From an uncultured Pseudomonadota bacterium (GTDB lineage: Bacteria; Pseudomonadota; Alphaproteobacteria; JACZXZ01): 64,000 bases of DNA. A program made the position numbers and the translations under genes. The notes below the pieces were generated by a model, which worked only from the letters and a program-made list of their open reading frames with translations, was not told the origin of the DNA and made no database searches. Shown in pieces: positions 31,403 to 42,594 of the stretch. The stretch's first letter is position 1. The number at the start of each line of letters is the position of its first letter. The stretch lies in the NCBI GenBank assembly GCA_963749075.1, contig CAVVLJ010000017.1:64001-128000 (forward strand). The letters run 5' to 3'.

Positions 31403-32911
31403 ATGTCCGACACCGCCTCTCTCCTCTCCTCCCTCGGCCTACCTGCGGCAAGCCTGGCCGAGGGCGATCTCGCCGTGCGCTCGCCCATCGACGGCAGCAT
31501 CCTTGGCCGCGTGAAGAGCGACACGGCACCGAGCGTCGCCCAAAAGATCGCGCGCGCGGATGCGGCTTTCCGCGTCTGGCGCACGGTGCCGCCGCCGCGG
31601 CGCGGAGAGCTCGTCCGCCTCTTGGGCGAGGAGCTGCGCGCGGCCAAGGAGGCGCTCGGCCTCCTGGTCACCCTCGAGGCGGGGAAGATCCTCGAGGAGG
31701 GCCGCGGCGAGGTGCAGGAGATGATCGACATCTGCGATTTCGCGGTCGGCCTCTCGCGCCAGCTCTACGGCCTCACCATCGCCTCCGAGCGGCCCGGCCA
31801 CCGCATGATGGAGACCTGGCATCCGCTCTCCGCCATCGGCGTGGTGACGGCCTTCAATTTCCCCGTCGCGGTGTGGTCGTGGAACGCCGCGATCGCCCTC
31901 GTGTGCGGCGATCCGGTGGTGTGGAAGCCCTCCGAGAAGACGCCGCTCACGGCGCTTGCCTGCCAGGCGCTCTTCCGCCGCGCGCAGAAGCGCTTCGGCG
32001 AGGCGCCCGACGGCCTCCTCGAGGTCGCGCTCGGAGGGCGCGAGGCGGGCGAGCGCCTCGCCGCCGACCCTCGCCTAGGGCTTGTGAGCGCCACCGGAAG
32101 CTGCCGCATGGGGAAGGCCTTGGCGCCCGTGGTGGCGGCGCGCATGGGGCGAGCACTCCTCGAGCTCGGCGGCAACAACGCGGCCATCGTGGCGCCCTCG
32201 GCCGATCTCGATCTCGCGGTGCGCGCCATCGCCTTCGCGGCCGTCGGCACCGCGGGCCAGCGCTGCACGAGCTTGAGGCGGCTCATCGTCCACGAGGACA
32301 TCAAGGGCGTCCTGCTCGAGCGCCTCAAGGCGGCCTACCGCTCGGTCAGGATCGGCGATCCGCGCGAGGCGGGCACCCTCGTGGGCCCGCTCATCGACCG
32401 CCGCGCCTGGGAGGCCATGACGGCAGCCCTCGCCGCGGCGCGCCAGGAGGGCGGTGCGGTCGCCGGCGGCGGGCGCGTGCTGGCGGCGCGCTATCCCGAG
32501 GCCTATTACGTCGAGCCGGCGCTCGCCGACATGCCGCGGCAGACCGCCATCGTGCGCGAGGAGACCTTCGCCCCCATCCTCTACGTCATGCCCTATCGCA
32601 CCTTCGCGGAGGCGCTCGCCCTCCACAACGAGGTGTCCCAGGGGCTCGCCTCGAGCGTCTTCACCAACGACCTCCGGGAGGCCGAGGCCTTCATGGCTGC
32701 CGCGGGCAGCGACTGCGGCATCGTCAACGTCAACATCGGGCCGAGCGGGGCGGAGATCGGCGGCGCCTTCGGGGGCGAGAAGGACACGGGCGGCGGGCGC
32801 GAATCGGGCTCCGACGCCTGGAAGGCCTACATGCGGCGCGCCACCAACACGATCAACTACTCGGGCGCGCTGCCCTTGGCCCAGGGCATTCGCTTCGAGC
32901 TGGGGTCGTGA
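31403..32911 (+). CDS. Aldehyde dehydrogenase, ALDH7/antiquitin-like (piperideine-6-carboxylate dehydrogenase type)
   Basis: AFNFPVAV, LELGGNN, GQRCT and GAFGGEKDTGGGRESGSDAWK motifs. Confidence 0.92.
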   Translation: MSDTASLLSSLGLPAASLAEGDLAVRSPIDGSILGRVKSDTAPSVAQKIARADAAFRVWRTVPPPRRGELVRLLGEELRAAKEALGLLVTLEAGKILEEGRGEVQEMIDICDFAVGLSRQLYGLTIASERPGHRMMETWHPLSAIGVVTAFNFPVAVWSWNAAIALVCGDPVVWKPSEKTPLTALACQALFRRAQKRFGEAPDGLLEVALGGREAGERLAADPRLGLVSATGSCRMGKALAPVVAARMGRALLELGGNNAAIVAPSADLDLAVRAIAFAAVGTAGQRCTSLRRLIVHEDIKGVLLERLKAAYRSVRIGDPREAGTLVGPLIDRRAWEAMTAALAAARQEGGAVAGGGRVLAARYPEAYYVEPALADMPRQTAIVREETFAPILYVMPYRTFAEALALHNEVSQGLASSVFTNDLREAEAFMAAAGSDCGIVNVNIGPSGAEIGGAFGGEKDTGGGRESGSDAWKAYMRRATNTINYSGALPLAQGIRFELGS

Positions 32912-32940
32912 GGCCAGACTGCTTAATCCTGTGCCCCGGC

Positions 32941-33060
32941 CTAATTGCCGCGCCCGCCGCCCTCCCGCCCCTCGGGCTCGTCGAGCTCGAACCACATGGC
33001 GTTGAGGACGGCAAAGGAGCAGGCAAGGCCCAGGCCGAGGATCCAGGAAAAGTACCACAT
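32941..33060 (-). CDS. cydX: Cytochrome bd oxidase small subunit CydX
   Basis: Manual translation MWYFSWILGLGLACSFAVLNAMWFELDEPEGREGGGRGN*, the classic CydX/YbgT signature. Missed by the ORF track. Confidence 0.93.
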   Translation of the reverse strand: MWYFSWILGLGLACSFAVLNAMWFELDEPEGREGGGRGN

Positions 33061-33285
33061 CGCGCGCCGACCGCATGGTGAACCGCACCGCAAGGCCAGC
33101 ATAACGACCGGCGCTGCGGCGCGTCAATCCTCGGCCGATTGGCCATGTCCCTTGACCGCTCCTCCAGGCGCCTGGGACCGAGCCCGCCAAGACGAATTGT
33201 GACACCCGCGAATTGGTGTAGTATTGGGCGATTACTTCGCGAATTCAGACAATGCGTGCCGCTGTCGCACTCGGGGGGCTGCGCC

Positions 33286-33972
33286 ATGAGGCTCAGAGCA
33301 CCGACCGGCCTGACCGCCGCCTTCGCCGGCTTCATCGCCCTTGCGACGCCGGCGCTCGCCGACAATCCCGTGGCGATGGTCGAGGCCGTGACGGGCGCTC
33401 CGCCCGGCGTCGCCATCATGGACTATCTCGCGGCGGGCAAGGTCATCAAGCTGGGCGCCACGGACGGGCTGGTGGTGGACTATTTCCGCTCCTGCCTGCG
33501 CGAGACGATCAGGGGCGGCACCGTCACCATCGGGGCCGACCAGAGCAGCGTGGCCGGCGGCGCCATCAGCAGCGAGAAGGTCGACTGCGACGGCGGCCAG
33601 CTCCGCCTCACGCGGGAGCAGGCCTCCGAGAGCGGCGTGGTGGTGTACCGCGTCGTCCCCAAGACGGGAAGCCAGCACTCCGACACCATGGTCGAGCGCA
33701 CGCTCTATGGCCTGAGCCCGGTCATCGAGGTGCCCGGCGGCGGCCGGCTCGTCGTCGAGCGTCTCGACCGCACGGCCAAGACGCTGGTCATCGACGCCTC
33801 GGGGGCGCAGCTCATGGCGGGGGACTTCTACGACTTCGCCAAGCACGGGCAAAGGCTGGCCGCGGGCGGCATCTACCGCGCGAGCGCCAACGGCAACAGC
33901 GTCGTCTTCAAGATCGACCCCAGGGCCCGGCCCGGAGAGGCGGCGCTTGCGGCACGCTTCCTCCAGCTCTGA
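33286..33972 (+). CDS. Secreted hypothetical protein co-transcribed with the CHASE2 cyclase
   Basis: Signal peptide (ALA-D), two Cys, beta-rich; overlaps the next gene. Confidence 0.75.
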   Translation: MRLRAPTGLTAAFAGFIALATPALADNPVAMVEAVTGAPPGVAIMDYLAAGKVIKLGATDGLVVDYFRSCLRETIRGGTVTIGADQSSVAGGAISSEKVDCDGGQLRLTREQASESGVVVYRVVPKTGSQHSDTMVERTLYGLSPVIEVPGGGRLVVERLDRTAKTLVIDASGAQLMAGDFYDFAKHGQRLAAGGIYRASANGNSVVFKIDPRARPGEAALAARFLQL

Positions 33973-36124
33973 GGAGCCCCGCCGCAAGCGTTCCCCGCGC
34001 TTCCTCGATTGGGGCATAGCGGCGGCGGTGGCCCTCGCCGTGAGCATCGGCATCGGCGCCAACCGGAGCACGCTCGCCGGCCTCTCGGTCGACATCCTCT
34101 ACTGGCTGCGCACGGCGATCGCCCCGGTGCACCGCGACCCGGCGCGCTCGCGCAGCGCCATCGTCTCGATCGACGAGGAGACCTACCGCACGCCGCCCTT
34201 CATCAATTATCCCACCGTGCTGTGGACCCACGAGCTCGCCTCGGTGCTCAATGCGCTCATCGCGGCGGATGCCAAGGTCGTCGCCTTCGACATCGTGTTT
34301 CCGGCCTCCATCGAGCCCTTCGTCCCCGGCTTCGACCGCGACTTCCTGCTGGCGCTGCACAACGCCGCCGCCGTGGGCAAGGTCGTGCTCGGCGAGGTGC
34401 AGCATCAGAAATGGCCGGTCCATCCCTTCCAGGCCCAGAGCTTTGCCGTCGGCAATCAGAAGAACATCCGCGCGGTCAACTTCTTCAGCGATAGCGACCG
34501 CGTCATCCGCCGCATACCGCTCACCTTCGAGCGGGAGAACGGCCACGGCGGCACGACCACCGAGCCCTCGATGGCGCTCGAGGTCGCCGCGCGCGCCGCC
34601 GGCACGCGGCCCGAGAGGCTGCCCGGCGGCGGCTGGGCGCTCGCGGGCTACCGCATCCCGGGCTCGCGGCGCAACAACATGATGCTGAACTTTGCCGACC
34701 GCGACGCCATCCCGAGCTACTCCTTCGCCGATCTCGAGGCCTGCGCCGCCAAGGACGATGCCGCGTTCTTCCGCAAGCATTTCGCGGGCAAGGCGGTGTA
34801 CATCGGCGCCGTCCTCGACATCGAGGACCGCAAGCTCACCTCGATGCGCTTCGTCACGGCGCCCGACCGGGCGAGCACGGGCGAGCGCTGCGTGCATTCC
34901 CCGATCACCGATTTCTTCCGCGAGGACCTCAAGCGCGAGACGATCGCGGGCGTCGTCGTGCTGGCGACCGCCACCAACAACCTCCTCGACGGCGACGCGC
35001 TCCGCGAGCTGCCGCCCATGGCCGACTTCGGCATCGTCCTCCTCATCGGCCTGGGCGCCGGCTTCACGACCATGGCGCGGCGGCCGCCCGCCGCCGGGCT
35101 CATTCTCCTGGCCGGCGGCGCGCTCTGGGTCCTCGGCGCCACCTATGTCTTCCGCGCCGGCCTCGTCCTGCCGCTCGTGGCGCCGCTCCTTGCCGCCGGC
35201 CTCACCTTCGCCCTGCTGCTCGGCCACCGCTTTGCGCTTACGGACCGCGACAAGCGCCTGGTGCGCAACAGCTTCAAGCTCTACCTGGCGCCGGCGGTGG
35301 TGGATCGCCTCCTCGAGCAGGACCGCCTGCCCGAGCTCGGCGGCGAGGTGCGTCCGGTCACCGTCATGCTCTCCGACCTGCAAGGCTTCTCGGCGCTCTC
35401 CGAGCACCTGGCGCCGGCCCAGCTCGTGGCGCTGATGAACGAGTACCTCTCGGCCATGAGCGAGGTGATCGAGGCCGAGGGCGGCTTCATCGACAAGTAC
35501 ATCGGCGACGCCATCGTGGCGGTGTTCGGCGCACCGCTCGCCGATGCGCAGCACGCGCTCCACGCCGTGCGCGCGGCACTCCGCTGCCGCGACCGGCTGG
35601 CCGAGCTCAACCGCCAGCCCGGCGCCTTTCTCGGCCACCGTCTCAAGGCGCGCATCGGGCTCGGCACCGGCGAAGCGGTGGTGGGCAACGTCGGCTCGCG
35701 GCGCCGCTTCAACTACACGGTGATGGGCGACATCGTGAACCTGACCGCGCGCCTCGAGGGCGCCAACAAGATCTACGGCACCACGATCCTCGCCAATGCG
35801 GCAACCCACGATGCCGCGGGCGGGGAGATCGCCTGGCGCGAGATCGACCGCGTGCGCGTCGTCGGCCGCGAGAATCCGGAATCGCTCTTCGAGCCCGTGG
35901 GCCTCGCGGACCGCGCCGCCGCGGCGGAGCCGGAGCGCCACGCCGCCTTCGCCCGGGCGCTTGCCGAATATCGCGCCGGGAACTTCGCGGCCGCGCTCGA
36001 GCTCTTCGAAGCGCTCGCCGGCGAGGATCCGGTCGCGCGCCTCTTCGCCGAGCGCTCGCGGCGTTGGTTGAGCGCTCCCCCGCCCCAGCCATGGGACGCC
36101 GTGACCACGCTCGAATCGAAATAG
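33947..36124 (+). CDS. CHASE2-domain class III adenylate cyclase
   Basis: CHASE2 (VAFDIVF, DRVIRR), 3 TM helices, SDLQGF, DKYIGD and YTVMGDIVN..ARLE. Start uncertain. Confidence 0.92.
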   Translation: MRHASSSSEEPRRKRSPRFLDWGIAAAVALAVSIGIGANRSTLAGLSVDILYWLRTAIAPVHRDPARSRSAIVSIDEETYRTPPFINYPTVLWTHELASVLNALIAADAKVVAFDIVFPASIEPFVPGFDRDFLLALHNAAAVGKVVLGEVQHQKWPVHPFQAQSFAVGNQKNIRAVNFFSDSDRVIRRIPLTFERENGHGGTTTEPSMALEVAARAAGTRPERLPGGGWALAGYRIPGSRRNNMMLNFADRDAIPSYSFADLEACAAKDDAAFFRKHFAGKAVYIGAVLDIEDRKLTSMRFVTAPDRASTGERCVHSPITDFFREDLKRETIAGVVVLATATNNLLDGDALRELPPMADFGIVLLIGLGAGFTTMARRPPAAGLILLAGGALWVLGATYVFRAGLVLPLVAPLLAAGLTFALLLGHRFALTDRDKRLVRNSFKLYLAPAVVDRLLEQDRLPELGGEVRPVTVMLSDLQGFSALSEHLAPAQLVALMNEYLSAMSEVIEAEGGFIDKYIGDAIVAVFGAPLADAQHALHAVRAALRCRDRLAELNRQPGAFLGHRLKARIGLGTGEAVVGNVGSRRRFNYTVMGDIVNLTARLEGANKIYGTTILANAATHDAAGGEIAWREIDRVRVVGRENPESLFEPVGLADRAAAAEPERHAAFARALAEYRAGNFAAALELFEALAGEDPVARLFAERSRRWLSAPPPQPWDAVTTLESK

Positions 36125-36430
36125 CGCGCGCCGGGCGCGGGGCACCGCGCAGCTTATTGGGGGGGCACCGGCTCGGCGACAAGCCGTCCACGGCGCGGAG
36201 TTCATGCCGCGTGATTCGAAGCTCCGGTTTGGCGCACTGCAACTACGTTTATGCACACGCCGTCGAAGCCCTATCCACGCTTCCGGAGCCGGTGGCGGAA
36301 CGGACATGGGATGGAAGCCGGGGCTCTTCGCATCTTGCACGTATGCGACGACTGAGCCCGTTCTCCGCGAGTTCGACTTCGGGAAATTTGCGGACGTGCG
36401 GTGCCGACGGCGGACGACATGCCGTGCGCC

Positions 36431-37405
<975 letters not shown>

Positions 37406-37426
37406 GGCGGCTTCGACTCCTTGCGA

Positions 37427-38419
37427 TCAGTAGAGCACACAGGCGACCTTGTGCCCGGGTGCGACTTCGCTGAACGGCGGCACCTGCTCCCGGCAGACGG
37501 GGCTGGCGAAGCGGCAGCGCGGCGCGAAGCGGCAGCCCGGCGGCGGATTGAGCAGGCTCGGCACCGTCCCGGCGATGGCTTCGAGCCTGACCTTGCGCGC
37601 GGCCGCCCGGTCGATGCGCGGAATCGAGCGGATCAGGCCCTGGGTGTAGGGGTGGCGGGGCGCTTCGAAAAGCTGCATGACGCCGGCCTCCTCCACGACC
37701 TTGCCCGCGTACATGACGACCACTCGCTCCGCCGTCTCGGCCACCACGCCCATGGCGTGGGTGATGAGCATCACCGCCATGCCGAAGCGCGCCTTCAATT
37801 CCTGAAGCAGGTCGAGTATCTGCGCCTGGATCGTGACGTCGAGCGCCGTCGTCGGCTCGTCGGCGATGAGGAGCTTCGGGTTGCACGAGAGGGCCATGGC
37901 GATCATCGCGCGCTGGCGCATGCCGCCCGAGAAGTGGTGCGGATAGTCGTTCGCCCGCTTCGCGGCGTTGGGGATGTGGACGAGCTTGAGCATCTCGACG
38001 GCCTTGTCCATCGCCTCGCGCCGGTGAAGCTTCTCGTGGCGGCGGATGGTCTCCGCGATCTGCTCGCCCATCGTGTAGACCGGGTTGAGCGAGGTCATGG
38101 GCTCCTGGAAGACGATGCCGATCTCCTTGCTGCGGATGTCGCTCATCGCGGCGGCGCCGAGCGGTATGAGATCGCGGCCCTGCCAGAGGATCTGCCCGGC
38201 GACGATGCGGCCGGGCGGCGTCGAGATCAGCTTCAGCACGGAGAGCGCGGTGACGGTCTTGCCGCAGCCGGATTCGCCGACGACGCACACGGTCTCGCCG
38301 CGCCCGATGCTGAGATCGACGCCGTCGACCGCCTGCACCACGCCGTCGTCGGTGGCGAAATGCGTCTTCAGCCCGCGGATCTCGAGCAGCGCGTCGCCTG
38401 CCGGGGAGTCCGCCGCCAT
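37427..38419 (-). CDS. Peptide ABC transporter ATP-binding protein (DppD/OppD-like)
   Basis: [18 protein letters not shown] and SGGMRQR motifs. Confidence 0.94.
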   Translation of the reverse strand: MAADSPAGDALLEIRGLKTHFATDDGVVQAVDGVDLSIGRGETVCVVGESGCGKTVTALSVLKLISTPPGRIVAGQILWQGRDLIPLGAAAMSDIRSKEIGIVFQEPMTSLNPVYTMGEQIAETIRRHEKLHRREAMDKAVEMLKLVHIPNAAKRANDYPHHFSGGMRQRAMIAMALSCNPKLLIADEPTTALDVTIQAQILDLLQELKARFGMAVMLITHAMGVVAETAERVVVMYAGKVVEEAGVMQLFEAPRHPYTQGLIRSIPRIDRAAARKVRLEAIAGTVPSLLNPPPGCRFAPRCRFASPVCREQVPPFSEVAPGHKVACVLY

Positions 38420-38424
38420 GGCGC

Positions 38425-39366
38425 TCACATGACCCTGCGGGGATCGAGCACGTCGCGCAGGCCGTCGCCGACGAAGTTGATGGTGAGCACGGCGACGAAG
38501 ATCGCGGCACCCGCGAAGAGCGCCCAGTGCGGCGCAATGTCGAGATAGTCCTTGGCATCGAACAGGAGCCGCCCCCATGTCGGGATGTCCGGCGGGAAGC
38601 CGAGGCCGAGGAAGGAGAGCGTGGATTCCGCGATGATGGCGTCGGCGACGTTGATGGTGCCCGCCACGATCACGGGCCCGAGGGCGTTCGGCAGGATGTG
38701 GCGCATGACCTGCCGCGTCGTCGAGGCGCCGAGCGCACGCGCCGCCTCGACGAACTCCTTCTCGCGCAGCGAGAGGAACTGCGCCCGCACCAAGCGCGCG
38801 ACCGGCATCCAGCGAAAGCCGCCGATGACGGCGACGACGAGGATGAAGACGCCGCCTTCCGGCCCGACCACCGCCTTGAGCGCGTCGCGAAAGAGATAGA
38901 TGATGACGAGCAGCAGCGGCAGCTGAGGCAGCGACAGGAAGAGGTCGGTCAGCCACATCAGCGCCGCGTCGATGCTCCCGCGCGAGATGCCGGAGACGGC
39001 GCCGACCAGCGTGCCGACGATGAGCGAGACCACCATGGCGGCGAGACCGACCGCGAGCGAGATGCGGCCGCCATAGAGCACGCGCGCCAGGAGATCCTGC
39101 CCGAGATCGTCGGTGCCGAGTGGATGCGCCAGGCTCGGCGGCTGCAGGCGGGCGGCGAAGTCGATGTCGTTGATCGACACCGGCCAGAGCGCCGGGCCGA
39201 ACACCACCGCGAGCGCCATCGCGAGCAGGATGACGGCGCTCAGCACGGCGAGGCGGTGGCGCCGGAAGCGCCGCCACGCGTCAAGCGCCGGCGAGACCTG
39301 CGGGGCGAGACCCTCCCGCGCCGCCTCGCCGTCAGCGGTAAGCAATGCGGGGGTCGAGCCAGCCAT
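38425..39366 (-). CDS. Peptide ABC transporter permease (DppC-like)
   Basis: HPLGTDDLG and ESTLSFLGLG motifs. Confidence 0.93.
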   Translation of the reverse strand: MAGSTPALLTADGEAAREGLAPQVSPALDAWRRFRRHRLAVLSAVILLAMALAVVFGPALWPVSINDIDFAARLQPPSLAHPLGTDDLGQDLLARVLYGGRISLAVGLAAMVVSLIVGTLVGAVSGISRGSIDAALMWLTDLFLSLPQLPLLLVIIYLFRDALKAVVGPEGGVFILVVAVIGGFRWMPVARLVRAQFLSLREKEFVEAARALGASTTRQVMRHILPNALGPVIVAGTINVADAIIAESTLSFLGLGFPPDIPTWGRLLFDAKDYLDIAPHWALFAGAAIFVAVLTINFVGDGLRDVLDPRRVM

Positions 39367-40291
39367 AGAGAACGTCCGCGAGCAGGTTGAACAGGATGAC
39401 CAGGCAAGCGAAGACGAAGGTCACGGCCATGATGACCGGCGTGTCGTTGGCCAGAATCGAGGTGATGAGCAGCGAGCCGATGCCCGGCACGCGGAAGATC
39501 TGCTCGGTGATGATGGCGCCGCCGAAGATCGTCGGCATTTGCAGCGCCACCAGCGTCACCACCGGGATCAGCGCGTTGCGCACGACGTGCTTGAGCAGCA
39601 CCCTGCCCTCGCGCAGGCCCTTGGCGCGCGCGGTCGCGACGTAGTCGAGGCGGATGACGTCGAGCACGGCCGAGCGCACGTAGCGCGTCCAGGAGGCGCC
39701 CTGGAACATGCCGAGCACGGCGACCGGCATGATCGACTGGCGGAACTCCTCCCACCACCAGCTGAGGCCCGTGGCGCTGAGATCGGAGCGATAGACGAAG
39801 GGCAGCCAGTCGAGATGGATGCTGAACACCAGGATGAGCAGCAGCCCGGTGAAGAAGGTCGGCAAGGAGAAGCCGATGAAGGCAAAGGTGTTGGCGATCT
39901 GGTCGAACAGCGAATAGGGCCGCGTCGCGGCGTAGACGCCGACCGGCAGGGCGATGAGCAGCGCCAATATCTGCGACGAGCCGATCACGAGAAGCGTGGC
40001 CGGGAGGCGCTGCCAGATGAGGGTATCGACGTTGACCCGGCTGACGAAGGAAAAGCCCCAATTGCCGTGCAGCATCGCCACCAGCCAGTGGAAGTAGCGC
40101 TGCAGCACGGGATCGTCCATGCCGAACTGGGCGCGCAACGCCATGCGCACCTCGGGCGGCACCGCGGGATTGGTCGCGAGCTCGCCGAAGGGATCGCCTG
40201 GCGCCAGCGCCAGTACCGTGAACAGCACGATGCTGATGCCGAGCAGGCTCGGCACCGCAATGAGCAGGCGCCGCAGCAGATAGCGCGCCAT
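39332..40291 (-). CDS. Peptide ABC transporter permease (DppB-like)
   Basis: APGDP, TARAKGL and EQIF..PGIG motifs. Confidence 0.93.
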   Translation of the reverse strand: MARYLLRRLLIAVPSLLGISIVLFTVLALAPGDPFGELATNPAVPPEVRMALRAQFGMDDPVLQRYFHWLVAMLHGNWGFSFVSRVNVDTLIWQRLPATLLVIGSSQILALLIALPVGVYAATRPYSLFDQIANTFAFIGFSLPTFFTGLLLILVFSIHLDWLPFVYRSDLSATGLSWWWEEFRQSIMPVAVLGMFQGASWTRYVRSAVLDVIRLDYVATARAKGLREGRVLLKHVVRNALIPVVTLVALQMPTIFGGAIITEQIFRVPGIGSLLITSILANDTPVIMAVTFVFACLVILFNLLADVLYGWLDPRIAYR

Positions 40292-40334
40292 CAGCGCGTC
40301 CGCGCGGCCGATCCCGATGGCGCGGTCGGCGCCG

Positions 40335-42125
40335 TCATGTCTCGCGATACCAGTCCGAGACCAGGTACATGTCGTTGTCCCAGCCGCTGAGCGTCAGCTT
40401 CAGGTTGCTCTTCACGCCCCTGACGTTCGGCCGATAGACCACGGGAATGACCGTCACGTCGCCGATGACGAGGTTGTTCATGGTGATGAAGAGTGCCGCC
40501 CGCTTCACCGGGTCGAGCTCGCCCTCGGCGGCGCGATAGGCCTTGTCGTAGTCCTCGCTGCGCCAGCGCGTGATGTTGCGCCCCTGCCACTTGTTGTCCT
40601 TGGTCGCCACTTCCCAGGAGACGAACTGGTTCATGAACAGGGCCGGGTCGGGCTCCGTCATGGTCGTCGTGTACATCTGGAGATCGCTGTAGAAATGCGG
40701 ATAGGTGTCGGGATTGCCGACATCGGACGAGAAGAACACCGAAGCCGCGACCGACTTCAGCTCGACGTCGATGCCGGCCTTCTGGCAGGCCTGCTTGACG
40801 ATCGCCTGGTTCTTCTGGCGCGGCTCGTTGATCGAGGTCTGGTAGACGTATTTCAGCTTCTTGCCGTCCTTCTCGCGCACGCCGTCGGAGCCGCGCTTCC
40901 AGCCGGCGGCGTCGAGCATCTGGTTGGCCTTGTCGATATCGAAGACCCATTCCGTCGTCTTCGAGCAGAAGCGCGGCGGATTGTTGAGGAAATTCGCGGT
41001 CGCCACGCCGGTGCGACCGTAGATGTATTTCTGCACCGAGCCGCGGTCGACCAGGACATTGAGCGCGTCGCGCACCGCCTTGTCGCTGAGGGTCGGGTGC
41101 TTGGTCTTGATGCTCGATCTCTCGCCGTCGACCTCCGTCCAGGGATCGGTGGTATTGAGCTGGATATGCTCGATGCTGCCGCCCTCGACGATCACCACGC
41201 GGCCCTTGCCGGACTCCTCGAGCTTCTTGAGGATCTCGTCCTCGACCTGGAGGTTCCAGGCGTAGTCGTATTCGCCGCTCTGCAGCACCGCGCGCGCCGC
41301 CGAGACGGCGTCGCCCCCGCCCTTCATCTCGATGGTGTCGAAATAGGGCCGGTTCGCCACGTGATAAGCGGGGTTGCGCTCGCCGGTCACCAGATCGCCC
41401 GGCCGGAAGTCGACGAACTTGAAGGGGCCGGTGCCGACGGGCTTGAGATTGGTCGGCGCGTCCCGCGACTTGGCGCCCTTGTAGTCCGCAAAGAGATGCT
41501 TCGGGATCAACATGCCGCGCACGCCGACGAAGGGGTCGGGCCAGAACGGCGTCGGCTTTTGGAAGGTCACCTTCACCGTATGGTCGTCGAGCTTCTCCGC
41601 TTTGATGTCCTTGTAGGTCGCCACGGTTACGCATGCGGTCGCGGGATCCGCGGCATATTCCCAATTGAAGACCACGTCGTCGGCGGTGAAGGGTTGGCCG
41701 TCATGCCATTTGACGCCTTGCTTCAATTTCCAGGTCACGGACGTGCCGTCCTTGGCGAGGCCGCCGTTCTCGATGCTCGGCAGCTCGGCGGCGAGAAAGG
41801 CGACGAGATTGCCCTCGGCGTCCCAGCCGGCAAGCGGCTCATAGAAGATGCGCGACGCCTCCTGATCCTTGGTGCCGACCGCGAAGTGCGGATTGAGCAA
41901 GGTCGGCGCTTGCCAGAACAGCATCTTGAGCGGGCCGCCGCCGCCGGTCTTGGTGGGTTTGTACTCGAATTTGGCCTCCGCCGCGGCGACGCCGGAATGG
42001 TGCAGCATCAGCCATGCCATCGGCGCCGTCAGCCCAAGGGCCACCATCTGCCGCGTGAAGGCGCGGCGGGACAGCGTGCCGTCCTTGACCTGCGCGATCA
42101 TTGCGCGCAACTTTTGCTCTTCCAT
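40335..42125 (-). CDS. Peptide ABC transporter substrate-binding protein (family 5, Tat-like RR)
   Basis: LSRRAF, WHDGQPFTADDV and PVGTGPF motifs. Confidence 0.93.
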   Translation of the reverse strand: MEEQKLRAMIAQVKDGTLSRRAFTRQMVALGLTAPMAWLMLHHSGVAAAEAKFEYKPTKTGGGGPLKMLFWQAPTLLNPHFAVGTKDQEASRIFYEPLAGWDAEGNLVAFLAAELPSIENGGLAKDGTSVTWKLKQGVKWHDGQPFTADDVVFNWEYAADPATACVTVATYKDIKAEKLDDHTVKVTFQKPTPFWPDPFVGVRGMLIPKHLFADYKGAKSRDAPTNLKPVGTGPFKFVDFRPGDLVTGERNPAYHVANRPYFDTIEMKGGGDAVSAARAVLQSGEYDYAWNLQVEDEILKKLEESGKGRVVIVEGGSIEHIQLNTTDPWTEVDGERSSIKTKHPTLSDKAVRDALNVLVDRGSVQKYIYGRTGVATANFLNNPPRFCSKTTEWVFDIDKANQMLDAAGWKRGSDGVREKDGKKLKYVYQTSINEPRQKNQAIVKQACQKAGIDVELKSVAASVFFSSDVGNPDTYPHFYSDLQMYTTTMTEPDPALFMNQFVSWEVATKDNKWQGRNITRWRSEDYDKAYRAAEGELDPVKRAALFITMNNLVIGDVTVIPVVYRPNVRGVKSNLKLTLSGWDNDMYLVSDWYRET

Positions 42126-42594
42126 GTGACGCCCCCTGTTTCATAAATAATGCGTATTGCTGCCTGCTTTTGCCGCAGGCCGCCCGCCGGCTTAGTGCCC
42201 GATTAGCAAAATGTTAACACAGTGAGAACAGCACGGAAAACCCAAACTGCCTTGCAGTGCAGAGGCGGGTTTCCCGCTTAAAAATTGGCCAAAAGATCGG
42301 CGCTCCTTGAGCCGCCCTTATTCCGCTTTTTCATGTCGAATCAAGGCAATACCGGCGATTCGATCGGGCTTCCACTCGACTGCCGAAGGCCGGTTGGCAG
42401 CCCTATCGCCGGATTTCCTATTTTGGCGCACCGCGCGCTCCTGGGCGCGGCCGGCCGCGCTCATCCGAGCCGATCGCGGCGCGAGCGTATCCTCAAGCGC
42501 GCCTCGGCGGGCGACGTGAAAAGCTTCGCCGCGAGCGATCCGCGCCTGGCCGTCCGGACGGCCCAAATACCGCTCGACGCCGAACCGTCGGCGG

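Noticed and set aside
36125-36430. Possible small gene or sRNA between the convergent cyclase and ABC operon
   Set aside because: Only a weak hairpin and ORFs without motifs or an RBS. Nothing supportable.
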